Part shown: positions 50,184 to 62,026 of the stretch, one piece after another
How positions within the stretch are numbered: the stretch's first letter is position 1
Layout: every line of letters starts with the position of its first letter
NCBI GenBank assembly: GCA_964019335.1
Contig: OZ025720.1
Location: 1-64,000, forward strand
Direction of reading: 5' to 3'
Origin: Diplonema japonicum
Taxonomy: Eukaryota > Protista > Euglenozoa: Diplonemea
DNA: 64,000 nt
Position numbers and translations under genes: made by a program
The notes under the pieces: generated by a model
What the model saw: the letters and a program-made list of their open reading frames with translations, nothing else
Told to the model about the DNA's origin: nothing
The model's database searches: none

Positions 50184-51307
50184 CTAGAACAAGTCCTTCT
50201 CGTTCTTGAGCTTCGCCTTCTTCCATGTGGGTAACGCGTTGAACTCCTCGATGGTGATGCCGAAGACCTCTTTGAAGTCGTCCGCCGTGAGGTATGTCTC
50301 ACGCTTCATGACGTTGATGTCCTCTCTTGTGAGCTTTGTAGTCGACATTCGAAGCTCCTCATAACTGTACTGGACTTCGTCACCGGTGGGAACGTTCTTC
50401 CTTTTCTCGAGTACCTTCTCCCATTCCGCCATCTCCTTAAGTCTTTTCTCTTTTTGTTCGGGGGTTTCCTCAGGGAGCTTTGGCTTTTTGTCTTCTTCCT
50501 CATCACTGTCATCTGGCATGGGGGGGTTGCTCCCATCGTCGCTGTCCGGTGGGGGAGGGTCACTGCCATCTTCATCACTGTCTGGCGGGGGCGGGTCACT
50601 ACCATCGCTGTCCGGTGGAGGAGGGTCACTCCCATCGTCGCTGTCGGGAGGGGGAGGGTCGCTGCCGTCTTCATCACTGTCAGGCGGGGGCGGGTCACTG
50701 TCATCATCGCTGTCCGGTGGAGGAGGGTCACTCCCATCCTCGTCGCTGTCAGGAGGGGGCGGGTCTGACTCTTCATCTGCGTCCACAGCATTAAAGAAGC
50801 CTTCCTTACGGAGCCGTTCCTTCTCCGCCTCCTGTTCGGCCATTCGTTCTGCTCGCTCTGCCGCTCTGTGTTTCGTGCCGTTGCCATCATCGTGGCATAC
50901 CTTTTGTCTTTTTTGTCTTTGAAATCGGTGGTTCGCTTTTTTTTCGATTCCCGCGCTTTTTGCTTACGGCGCACCTATTGAGGTGAACCACAACACAAAC
51001 CATACCCTCTTCGCTGGGTCGAGCAAGGTGATGATCACGTCATCATGCTCGCCCTCCACCAGAAAGCTTCCTTTGTACGTTAGAACCTTTCGAAACTTCG
51101 CCGCATTCAACGCTGCGACTATACGGCCCCCGGCACGCTGGCGCACGTCTTCGTCCTGTGAGACTTTTCTATTCAAACCCCTCCATACCATACCATCCTC
51201 AGCATCCCGAAAGAGGCACCTCCTGAACCTGACTCCTGCTCCATAACCCTCTCCACCTCCTCTATCAAGGCGTCCATCTCTCTCTCCTCATCGTTTCCAG
51301 TGGCCAT
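50184..51307 (-). CDS. Costars domain + acidic/proline repeats + villin headpiece fusion protein; introns 51156-51193, 50975-51005, 50866-50900
   Basis: Spliced ASFGMLRM|DEDVRQRAGGRIVAALNAAKFRKVLTYKGSFLVEGEHDDVIITLL (Costars) and C-terminal RETYLTADDFKEVFGITIEEFNALPTWKKAKLKNEKDLF (headpiece). Confidence 0.85.
50495..50780. repeat. Tandem 30-36 bp coding repeat (DSDEDGSDPPPP), ~8 units
   Basis: Seen directly in the DNA and in the translation. Confidence 0.9.
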
Positions 51308-52242
51308 TTTCCTAGGTGACCAGAACCTGCAGTTGTTGTTTACTAAGAAGAGAAGGTGTTTTGATATGCATTGAAAAAGTCACTATTTTTCTTCTTTCTT
51401 TTTTTTGGGGGGGAAAAGAGGGCGCATGGCAGTACTACAGCTCAGCTCCTGATACATTGCAACTCCTCCAGGTGCAGGCACCCTTCAAGGGTCCTACCTA
51501 GTAAGCTGGACAAGTACCGTTCATCCATCGCACCGTGGACCAAGGCTGTGTGAGCCAGGTCCTTTGTTTCGCGTCCTTGTAAGAAGAAGAAAAGTAAAGA
51601 AATCAAGATTATAAAAGCGGGAAGGGCTCCTTTCTTTCTCCCCCCCCCTATATCTAAAGCATGTCAAGCAAGGCCTAAAGGATGTTCTGAGAACAGTTTA
51701 CTGCACTGAGTTTTCTTCTTCCTCTTTGTGCCGCGCCGGCTATTGTATCGGGTTGCTAGTCAAACTCTCAGCATAGGGGTTGATTCTATAGTACACGAGT
51801 ATATCCTTGTACGCGGGTAGAGTCCCTCAGCAATCCCAGGGGCGCTTGTGATTAATAAAAAGTATCTTTGTGTTGGAGAGTCTACACAAACACCTAGCCT
51901 ACCTAATAAGTGTGGTAGGACGCAGGTGGAGAGAGAAAAGCGAAGAATAGGGGTGGGGGGGGGGGGGGGGGGGATAGAAGAGGGAGAAAAAAAAATACCG
52001 CTTCAGATACTGAACCGAATTAATCTTAACCATCAACAGACTGATGACATGCTACCTGCGTCCCGATGCATCGGATTACCGGGGAGAGGAGGGGAAGGGA
52101 GAAGCGATTAATAGATGCGGCGCCAAACTCAAAAAAAAAAAAAAAAAGGTGTAGTATGTGACAGGATCGCCTTAACGACGATGAACTCATCTAGTGTTTG
52201 ATCCCTTCTGTCGAAAAAAAGGTATGTAGGCCCAGTCCCAAT

Positions 52243-52282
<40 letters not shown>

Positions 52283-53195
52283 CTCTTTTTTTTTCTCTCT
52301 CTTAGCAACAGCAAAAATTCATTCTTTTTACAATTATTTCAGTTTCAAGCAGGAAAAAAAGAAGGGATGGAAGCCCTCCCCCCCCCCCCCCCCACCAGAG
52401 CATGTGCAGCCGGTGTCCATGACGCATTTCCAAAACTTAAGGGTGGCCAGGTTGGGCACTCCCGAAACTACTGGGAAAAAAGTTGTCTCGATTTTAGTGG
52501 TGCCATGCAGTATGTGATACAGCGGCCACCCTTGTGAAACTTCGCCCCGAAGCCTCCCAAGTCCCCTGTGGTCCCGTAGAAAGTAAAAGTGGAGAGGTAA
52601 AGAAAGCTTGGAAATTGAAATAGGGAGAGGGGCCACAGAAGCAATTAAACACCAACTAGAGAGTTGTGGGAGGCTTGCTTCACTGGCACGATGCCGCGGG
52701 GAGGCTACTTGCCTGACCTGGTGAAGCCACCTCCTTGTTCGATGTAATGGAATAAGGGACTCTCCGTTGAGGGCGATGCTAACTGGCGCCACGCGTAGGG
52801 TGGGCTCTCCACCCCCGTCCAGGTTTCCCCACGTGTACGGCTTTAGAACGAGAGTTTCCCTTTCGCTTGTGTTTCTCCAAACCACAATTACCAGGAACCA
52901 CCACAGGGAGGTTGGAAACATTGGTCCCCCAAAAAAATCAAGGGGGTTTTTGCGGGTCAATAAAAACAATGGGGGGAAGGGGAAGATATCATTGTCGTGT
53001 AATAATCTTCGCTTCTCAGTGTTGTCGTTGTATTCTTATTCTCAAAAAAAAAAAGGGGGCAAACCTTTCTTCTTCGGTCCTTGGTGGCTAAGATAGAGAT
53101 GGGGGGACGGGGGGGGATATATTAACTCCTGGTTTGGAAAAACCCTGAGCAATCTTTTTTTTTTTTTTTTTTCTTCTTTCTTTCTCTTTCTCCCT

Positions 53196-53757
53196 TTAAT
53201 TGTCAGATTCGTTTTCAATTGCGGAGAAAATAAACTCCAAGTTCGCCTCAAACTCCTCGGCGTTGATGACACCTTCAGAACCAACCTGCTCGATTATGGC
53301 GAGAGTGGCACGGGGTTTCTATTTTTTTTTTTTTTTTTTCCCTCAGTATAAAACACACCCCTCTGTTCGAAGGTGAAATGCATCGTTTTAGCGTCCGTCT
53401 TGTGATGAGAGCCTCATCGTTGCTCATCGCGTGGAATAAATAGTCGCATTGCTCCTTTCGGAACATTCTTTCTTGGAACAAGCGCACGGCCCCCGAAATG
53501 TGATCCCACAGCCTTTCCGAAGGCCCTCTGCTGTGCTTCAAAGTAATGACACACGCAAGGAGCTTCACATAGCCAGGGGGCACATTACTCTTCTCGAGAC
53601 ATGCCTTTGCAATGTCATACTCATCGGTGTCATCCATGGTACTGTATTTCTCAAATGTTTTCCTTATGCTGCGCATCTCGTGAGCCACTCTTACCTCATG
53701 CATTTCGTGTGAATCACTGGAGGCGAGCGGAACAATTTTGCTTTTACTAGAACCCAT
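53196..53757 (-). CDS. Predicted N-myristoylated, degenerate EF-hand protein; 1 intron (53319-53358)
   Basis: MGSSKS N-terminus. The spliced C-terminus contains GSEGVINAEEF (EF-loop-like). Confidence 0.68.
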
Positions 53758-54346
53758 CATACATCACAGCTTGCGGGGTTCGGGTGTGTTGTGTGACCTT
53801 TTTTTTTTTTTTTTTTTTTTGCCGAATGAAAAAAAAAAAAAAAAGAAAATCGCAAAAAAAAAGGGGGGTATAAATAAATAAAAGCAAGGCACAAGGAAAA
53901 TAAGAACCAGAACTAGAAGAAAAATAAATAATCAAATAATAGTGTGTGGAGAAGAAGGGAAAAAAAAAAAAAAAAAGAGAGAGAGAGAGGGAGTCGACCT
54001 TGGCGGTTTGCGGCGAAAAATAATTTTCGCCCACCAACATAGATTTTTCTTTTTTTTTTTTTGGTCGGGGGAAAAAAAGGGGAGTGTTTTTTTTTTTTTT
54101 TTTCTCTCTTTTTTCCAGCATCAGATCTTTATTGCGTTTTTTTTTTTTTTTTTGAGATAATCATAAGAAACAAAACAAACCAATCGTGTTTGAACAGTGT
54201 TTTTATTTGGGGGGGAGGGCTTTCTCATTATCGTAAAAACTATTTTAAAAAAAATAATAGCTATTTACTGCCAACAAGTAATGACTTTACCGTTACCCCG
54301 AGAGGATGGTAAAGCATTATTTGGCGGTAGGTAAGTGGTTCTATTT

Positions 54347-54828
54347 CACACTCTGAAATTACTTCACCACGAGGGGCACAAAGGGGTGACAAGGGGTACA
54401 ACAAGAGAGGGGTTACAATACAAGTTGTTTTTCCTCCTTTTGTTGACTAAGAGCTGCCGCTGTCGCTGGCATTGCCACTGTCACCATCTCTAATCAGGCC
54501 TTCTCATGCCTGGCGCGGCCACCCGTTTCTCACTTTTTGTTTCTGCTTCACCACCTGCTGACTAAATAGAAAAGTTGAAACTGAGAACAAGGCCTAGCCA
54601 AAAGTGGGCAAATTAGGGGGAAAAACTAGTCCAACTTGGAACTGAGCCGAGGCAAAAGTTGGCCAATTGAGCTGAACCCGGGGCGAAATTGGCAAACTGA
54701 GAGGAAAAAGTTGCCCCTTCTGGGAACTGAAGGCAAAAATTGGATTCATATTATTTACCGGAAACTCCTATTACAGGAAAACAGCTGTGAAGTAATGAGA
54801 TTTAGCGTGAAGTAATTTCAGAAGAGTG
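54347..54828. mobile_element. Non-autonomous DNA transposon (MITE) with ~21-22-bp CAC...GTG terminal inverted repeats
   Basis: Left CACACTCTGAAATTACTTCAC (54347-54367); reverse complement of right (54807-54828) CACTCTTCTGAAATTACTTCAC. Flanks are TATTT and AATTT, the interior has degenerate repeats, and there is no ORF. Confidence 0.75.
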
Positions 54829-55626
54829 AATTTAAAAAAAAAAAAAAAAGCTGGTACTTAGCATTTGTTTATACAACACGGTACAAATCCTGAGAATAAC
54901 AGTTTTTTCTTTTTTGCTCTTTCAAGAAACTGTGCATGTACTTTGCCAAATACAACAATAGAAAAAAAAAAAAAAAAAAGGGCGGAAAATTAAAAAGCTT
55001 TTTTTTTCTCTTTTTTTTTTGAAAAAAATATTGGGTAAAAAAAAAAAAAAAAAATAGATAAAAGATAGATCGCGCATAGACTGGCGCTGTAAGGCACGTA
55101 TCCTATTCCACATCTCTTTACATCGAGAAATGTTAAAAAAAAAATTGCATGTTTTCCTTGCCTTCCCTTCCCCCCCTTTCCGTTCCTCCGAATCTTCTGT
55201 ACACAACCGGACTGAAGTACTTATAAAGAAAAAAAAGGGGGGGGGGAATTCATTCCACCAATCGCAATTCAGTCAATCTTAGAGAACAAAAAAAAAAAAA
55301 AAAAAAAATCATGTATCCCGTAGCAAAATCAGTTCAATGCTCTGAAATCGAACGGGCTCATGGACACAACGAGTGCTGTTACTTCGCGGGAAAGCGAGCA
55401 ACTTAAACGGGTTATGCCCATCATAGCCCGAGGTGAAATCTGGCACTGATTGCAATACGGATACTATTTTTCATTCAGAATAGGGATACCATTGCAAGAT
55501 AAAAGCGACAAAGGTTCCAGGTTGGGGCTGTGGGCTGGCCAAGGTGCCCTATTTGGCTTCAGAAAGAACTTGTATCTATGATATTCCCTACTTTTTCTGC
55601 ACTTCTTATTCTTTTGAGAATTGATA

Positions 55627-55666
<40 letters not shown>

Positions 55667-56250
55667 CCGACAAGATACCGACACCTGCTGCCCAGCAAGG
55701 GCAGTGGTGCCATGTATCGTTGTACATTACAAGGGATGGGGGGGGAGAGAAAGAAAGCGCTTTTTTTTTTTTTTCTTCTTTGAAACAGAAATTAAGTACC
55801 GTCATTTTGGAAGATATTCGCACGGGTATACCTGGTGCCGGGTGGGTGCAGAAATCATTCTTCGTTTCCCCCCCATCGCGGCCCTCCCTATAGGGAAAAG
55901 ATCATGATAAATATTCCTAAAGTATACCCACGTTAAAAAAAAAAAAAAGAAAAAAAAAAGAGAGAGAAAAAAAGAAGAAGAAAAATATTTGTCTCACCAG
56001 TTACCCCGCAACGCATTCTTTTATTGATTGAAAGAAAGAAAAAGTTTTTAAGGGGGGGGGAAGAAAAAAAAAACTCCGGCGCGCACGGTGAAAGCCCCCC
56101 TTTTTTTTGAGGCATAAGCAGCGGAAAAAAAAAAGGGCTTTTTATGAACAAGCTATTTTTCCTTCTTGTTTTCGAATCATTGTAGGCAGACCCTTTTGGT
56201 TTTCCCCCTCTTTTCTTTTCTTTTTTTTTTCTTCCCGTTCTCTTCTTCCT

Positions 56251-56739
56251 TCACAAGGCTCCTTCATCCTCCATATCCTGCTTTTTTTTCCATTTTTTTT
56301 TCCCCCATATTTCTTGTTCCATCCATACCATGATGACCATCGCCTCACGATGCCCTATGGGCACAGTCCCAGGGAGGGAAATACTGTCATCAGTAAGCTC
56401 GCGCGACCGATTGAGTCTATTCTGCTGTCTAAAAGTGTCCGCCACATTCCTGAGGGACAGATTGTTGACCAAGTTACTGTCAGACTGATACAAAACAACC
56501 TTTTGACAGAGTGGGCACTTCAGCTCCCAGCACCCATCGCCCTCCATTGCCCCCGCGCAACAGGAGAAGTAGCACGAGAACCTCTTTTTTGTCTTCCTTA
56601 GCCTAATCAGTGACTTTGTGCAGACAGCACAGAAACTGTGCGAACAAGGGAGTATCACAGGGAACCTGTAAATATCCAAGCATACAGCACATGTCAGTTC
56701 CGCCTCCAACCGCGACTTGAACTCACTGCTGCCCTGCAT
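56251..56739 (-). CDS. C3HC4 RING finger protein (TRIM-type RING); probable intron 56278-56328
   Basis: ELTCAVCLDIYRFPVILPCSHSFCAVC...CPLC..NLSLRNVAD. Confidence 0.82.
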   Translation of the reverse strand: MQGSSEFKSRLEAELTCAVCLDIYRFPVILPCSHSFCAVCTKSLIRLRKTKKRFSCYFSCCAGAMEGDGCWELKCPLCQKVVLYQSDSNLVNNLSLRNVADTFRQQNRLNRSRELTDDSISLPGTVPIGHREAMVIMVWMEQEIWGKKKWKKKQDMEDEGAL

Positions 56740-56981
56740 TAGGTGTGTGTCCCCCCACACGTTCCACCAACATGTCTACAGCCCCTGGGGTTGTTCGGTT
56801 ATTCAGTGCATAAAGGAATGAATAGAAAAAAGTAGGGAGCCATACAAGAAGAGGGATGTTGCGGGGAAGGGGCAGGTGACAGTTTACAAGATGAGTTTAA
56901 CAGAAAAGAAGAACAAAAAAAAAGAAAAAGAAAAAACAAGAAAAAAAATGGGATCTACGGAAAAGAGAAGGAATTAAAAAG

Positions 56982-58473
56982 TTACACAGAGACACCCCGT
57001 GTCGTTCTAAAGGAGGAGCTCATGACCACGGGAGGCGGGTGGCCGGTGTGGCCTAGCTCGTATGCGCTCTTAAACGCCTGCCGCCTCTCCATGAGGGACG
57101 AATCAATAATATTGCTGTTCATCGGGTGAAGAGGTTTGGGCTCTGCTGGGCCCAAGGGGGCGGGCGATGAAGACAGAGGGAGGCCATCCTTTGGGGGAAG
57201 CGGTTCATTTGGCGGAGCAGGGGAGTCGAAAAGCATGTTAGGCTTTCCCTTGAAGTCGTTCTGGAACCTGTTGCCGAAGGCTTCTATGTCGAAGAAGGTG
57301 TCCCTGCTCTGTTCGGGCTGCAGGGGCTGGATGGGTGGGCCGGGCGTGGGTGCGGGCGACCCCACCTCCCCCTTCATGTCAGGTGTCATGACGCTTTGCG
57401 CGTTCCTGAACGGCAGCTCGGGCAGTTCATGATTGATGTTAAAATCTTCCAGCAGCTTCCCAATGTCAAAGGTGGCAGGCATGTCCCGCCCGTTGAACCC
57501 TGCTGTGGCCAGGAGCTCCACCGCCCTAGAGTCAATGTACTCCTTCCTCCCCCCCTGGGGGTAGGGCACTATGTGCCGCGAATCCGCCCGAGGTGCGGGC
57601 GAGGCACGTATTTCCCGTTCCTGTGGCATCACGCGCGAAGGCAGTATCCGCACACCTTCCATGTTGCGCTGGGCGGTTTTCAGAAATGCCGGCTGCCGAG
57701 GCGGGGCTGGGCTATCGTCCCACTCGTCCCTGTCCCCTATAGGCACAGGGTGCCGCACGAGTTTGCCCGACATCTTGCTGGATGTCCTCCTTGCACGTGG
57801 AGGGAGCTCCCTCGCATAGTGAAGGGGCGTCCTGTCGGGGCCGACAGCTAAGGGTTCCTGCTGCTGTATCTGCTCAATGCCGACAGACAGATTGCGAACA
57901 GGCGATGGCGGTGTGGAGGAGGCAAAGGGCAGGACGACCGGTGAGGCGCCGACACCCGTGTCGATGCGGTGAGCCATGGGGGTGTCGAAGACGGCACCCG
58001 AGGGCACGATGATGGGGGAGCACGCGACACTGACCTGCTTCGGGTGCGGCGTGGGAGGTGCCAGTGCAAGGGAGGAACGTCTGACCTCCTGTTCGGGAGG
58101 TGGGGGCGGTGGGGGCAACTTGCTCATGTCAACCTCCAAGATGTCGGGCTCAAAGCTGGGACCCTTGTTGTTCAATATCTCTTGGAGACTGGGCTGGGGT
58201 ATTTGAGGAGCTGCGGGTTTAGGAAGTTGTGGCTGTTTGGGGATGGGTGGGGCAGTGTCCTTCTTTCGAGCAATTTCCTCTCGCCTCGCATCGAGCCTTT
58301 TCTTGCTTTCTTTCCTAAGCGTCGACTTGCTACGCTTCCCGATACATGCACCGCACTGTTGTTGTTACAAGTAGCTGCAAGTATCTACATACCTTGAACC
58401 CACTCTGTCTCATCAGGCCTTCCTTGTTCTTGCTCCCGCACACGACGCACATGGCGCCACCGGGACGGCTCAT
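56982..58473 (-). CDS. Proline-rich protein with an N-terminal CxxC...CxxC putative zinc finger; 1 intron (58356-58392)
   Basis: MSRPGGAMCVVCGSKNKEGLMRQSGFK|CGAC joins in frame to the 397-aa ORF. Confidence 0.72.
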
Positions 58474-58541
58474 GTTCCTAGCCGCCTGTCATGAATGTTG
58501 TGGTTTGAATAATAACACTCGTTATATTGTTGTTTCATTTT

Positions 58542-58763
58542 CTATTTCGCTTGGGCCTTGCTGTTGTTTGTACACGGGAACGCGTACTTCCCAACAGCAC
58601 CGCCACTCACAGAGCCTGCTGCTGCGAAGATCGGCGCACCTATGATGCCGCCCAATGGCACAGTGATGTACCCAGCCAAGGCACCAACGGCAGCACCGGC
58701 AGCAGCACCCTGCTGCTCAGTGTTGAGGTAGGCATCACACGAGTTGCTGAAAGGATTATACAT
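58542..58763 (-). CDS. 73-aa glycine-zipper microprotein
   Basis: GAAAGAAVGALAG...GGIIG...GSVSGGAVG GxxxG repeats; it fits between neighbours in the cluster orientation. Confidence 0.65.
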   Translation of the reverse strand: MYNPFSNSCDAYLNTEQQGAAAGAAVGALAGYITVPLGGIIGAPIFAAAGSVSGGAVGKYAFPCTNNSKAQAK

Positions 58764-58857
58764 ATGTGTAAACCTTATTTTTTTGATGAAGGTTCACTGG
58801 GGGATAGCGATGGCCTGAAAGAGAAAAAGTAAAAAGTACAATATTGTGTCTATGTGG

Positions 58858-60665
58858 TTACAGGATCCCCTGCTGCTTGGCAGCTGTGAATGCGGGTTTA
58901 AGATGCTCGGTGACGTATTTCTAAGAGGGGAGATGGCAAGGGGGGGCGCAGGCATACTTCATAGTTCTTGACCTTTTCCTTCAACGTCTTGACAGAGACG
59001 TCCTTCGTGCGCATCTCGCTGTTCATCCTGGATAGTACGTCGTTGTGAGCTGCTTGCTGCCTTTGCATCTGCTCTTTCAGGTCCTCTATTTCCATCTCCA
59101 TATTCCCATTCAGCCCAGTCGTCCGCACCACTTCGTTCGTGAGCTGTGTCCTCTCGAGCCCAGCCTCCGCCAGGAGGTGTTTGTTCTTGATCACCTCCTC
59201 CGAGCACCGCCCTATCTCGTCTCGAAGGTCTTGGATGGTCTTCTTGTGTCGATCGTTCTCATCTACAGCCTCTTCGACTCGTCGGCAGTTGTCCTTTTGT
59301 ATTGCTATCGCCTTCGATGTTTGTGCATCGAGGTCGCCTGTAAAGCCGTAAAACAGAATAAATCGGCATTTTTTCATACCCTCCAGACCGCACACCCTGT
59401 CCTGCAGGCTGGCGATCATCATCTTCTGCTCGTTCGCTTCGATGAGCTGATTCTGGGCAGTCTGGTTCACATGCGTGAGCTTCTCCTCCACCACGGCCTT
59501 CGACGCCTTCACCTCGTCCAGCAGGATGGACGAGCGACGCTCCATGCGCACCGCTTCATCGTAGTCACACTGCAGTTTGCTGAGAACTGTGACAATGATT
59601 AAAGATGTATGGCAGCATACCCTTCTCGTTCTCTGTGTAATACCCTTGAAGCAGGTCGTACTTCTCCGTCGCAATGCACAGCTCGTTCTGCACCGCTTGT
59701 AGCTGCTGGCGCATGCCCCCTGCTTCCGCCTCCGTTTTTTGCCTTCCCACTTGCAAGTTTTGCAGCGCATTCTGCAGCTCCTGCACGGTGACCCCTAACT
59801 GCAAGACTTGCTCTTGCTCTCTTCTCCTTCCCAGATGCTCAGCTTTCAACTCGGCTGCAAGCCTCGCCTCTTGCTCGACAAGGCGTGCGTGCTGCACCTC
59901 AATGGTGTTGTATGTCTCCACTGGGACCATTCGGGAAACCTCGTCTTGCGATATTTTAAGTTGTTGTTTTGCTTCCTTCAGACGCTCGCGGATGGAGTCG
60001 ACCTCGTTAGCAGGCACGGACGAGGCGAGGCGGCGGATGAACTCTTTTCTATCTTCTTCGTGCTGGTCGCTGAGCTTGTTCAGCTGCATGTTGTGTTCCT
60101 CTTTAAGAGTGTCAATCCTGCGACGCAGTACAGCAACCTCCTCGGCGTGGCTGGTTTCAAGAGACCAGCGTTCCTCCCTGAGGCGGTTGCGCTCTTCACG
60201 GCCTTCCTTGCTCTGCTGTTCCAGCATGTCGGTGCGGAGCTGTGCGGACTCCCGCTGCAGCTGGAGGGAGGAGTGGAGTGCTTCATTGTGTTCGCACTGT
60301 AACCTGTCGTAGTCTTCCTTCGGCACACTGTGTGTGAGCTTTGACTCGGCTGAGATGCGCATGCGCCGTTCTTGATCGATCTCCCTGCGCAGCCTGTCTG
60401 TCTCGTGGCTCCTGGTGTCGAGTTCCACACCAAGCTCCGTGATCCTGTGGTTCTCGGAGGCGATTATGGAGGCGTGCTTCATGTTCTTCTCCTCCATTTC
60501 CTTGAAGTAGGCGGCGATCTTGTTGATCGTGGTATTTGCATCCTCTTCGTCTGTCGTGCCGGGACTCCTCTCGTACACAATGCTCTGTGTTGGTGTTGGT
60601 GTCCTCGATGCTTGTGTCCTGTCTCCTCCCACGAGGAATGACGGTGGTCGTGTCACACCTTCCAT
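58858..60665 (-). CDS. Coiled-coil protein; introns 59587-59620, 59338-59379, 58921-58957
   Basis: ORFs join to one frame of 1,695 nt. Confidence 0.78.
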
Positions 60666-60892
60666 CGAGGTTACTGGTGTAGGGTGCCTCCAAGGGATTT
60701 CGTTACAAAAAAAAAAGAAAATATCGAAAAAAAGAAGGGGGGGGGGAGAGAAAAAAAAGAGGGGGCTAAACTAAAGCAACCCCTTTTTTTTTTCTCTTTT
60801 TTCTTTTCTTTCAGAGTGGCGTCCCAGATGCAAAGCAAAGGCACATTTTTTTTGATATTACTAGAACGGAAAAAAAGAGGTGGGACAGAAAC

Positions 60893-60936
<44 letters not shown>

Positions 60937-62026
60937 AAGAAAGAAGAAACGATAAGAGAGATAAAACCGGAGAGGAAGAGGAAACCTAAGGAAAAGAGAA
61001 AAAAAGAAAAACGAACAAAGAAATGGCGTATTAACGTGGATGGCAGAGTTAGAAGGGAGGGGGTCAAAACTGTCCGCAATGGTATTTTCTTCAGTTTCTT
61101 TTTTGAAAAACCCAGAAATCTTTTGAAGACGAAAGCCGAGGCTTGTTATTCACTTTATCACCGACTTTTTTCCAAATGAAGAAAAAACCCAAAAGAAAAC
61201 CATTGTGGACTTTAAAAGTATTTCTCTACCCCCCCAGGGGCACGAGAAGACGGGAAGGGGAACAAAAGAGGAACTACTCAACTCGTTGGTTCTTCTCACA
61301 GGTTAAAAAAAATCAGATCTTTTACCGGGTAGGTACTAATAAAAAAAAAATCATTTATGAGTACATGTCTTTGTGTTCACACGAGCAGAAAAAATATTTG
61401 AAAGCTGCAAAATGCTTTTTTCTCCCGGCACACGTTGCATATAGTAATAGAGTCATTTTTTAACAAAAAATAAAAAAAAAAGGCTTTCCACTTCGTCAGA
61501 ATTACCAGTTGGCTCATCCAAAGAGGTAGCTAGTGGGATGGAGGGGAGGGCATAAGGGTGGGTAAGCTTCTGTAAACTGGTTATTTTCTTTCCTTTTTCT
61601 TATTTTTTTTTTTACTTCTTTATGTTCTCCAGGTTTAGTAATCAGGATTCAAATTCCCATTCCCCCCCCCCTCCCCTCCTCCTCTTTCTTTTTGCAAATT
61701 GTAAAATCTTTTTTTTTTTTGAAAAGAACTGGTTTTTTTTTTCCAGTTCTTTTATCTACTTATATCTTCTGAACAAAAATATAAAAAAAAAAACCCCCCT
61801 CAACTAAGGAAATATTTTTCCAAGTCTTTTTCCAACAACAAAAAAAAAAAAAAAAAACCACCTAAAGTATCGTTATCCCCTCTTCTAATCATTGCGGCCA
61901 GTTATTTTAGGCCTTTTTATATAGCTAGAGGGGAAAAGGAAATGTCGGAAGGTTTTTCTTTTTTTTTTGGGAAAAAAAAAAAAAAAAAAAAAAAAAAAGG
62001 AAATAATATATTCCATCGTCCACCCA

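Noticed and set aside
51430-51850. Possible coding remnant (..KDLAHTALVHGAMDERYLSS..)
   Set aside because: Only short frames with stops; I could not build a start or a consistent intron chain.
52941-52957. Telomerase-template-like GGGGGTTTTTGCGGGT (also GCAAAGCCCCGCA on the minus strand at ~21737-21749)
   Set aside because: The matches to the 8-mer are inexact and short enough to arise by chance.
52334-52969. 211-aa minus-strand ORF
   Set aside because: It has a TTG start, runs into homopolymers, has atypical composition and shows no motif.
53068-53093. Similarity to the U2 snRNA 5' end (TTCGG-CCTT..TGGCTAAGAT)
   Set aside because: No branch-recognition sequence, stem II or Sm site follows.
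11042-60665. Frameshifted pseudogenes, programmed frameshifting or an alternative genetic code as the cause of split ORFs
   Set aside because: Every break is resolved by a GT-AG micro-intron and the spliced lengths are multiples of three. TAA, TAG and TGA all serve as terminal stops.
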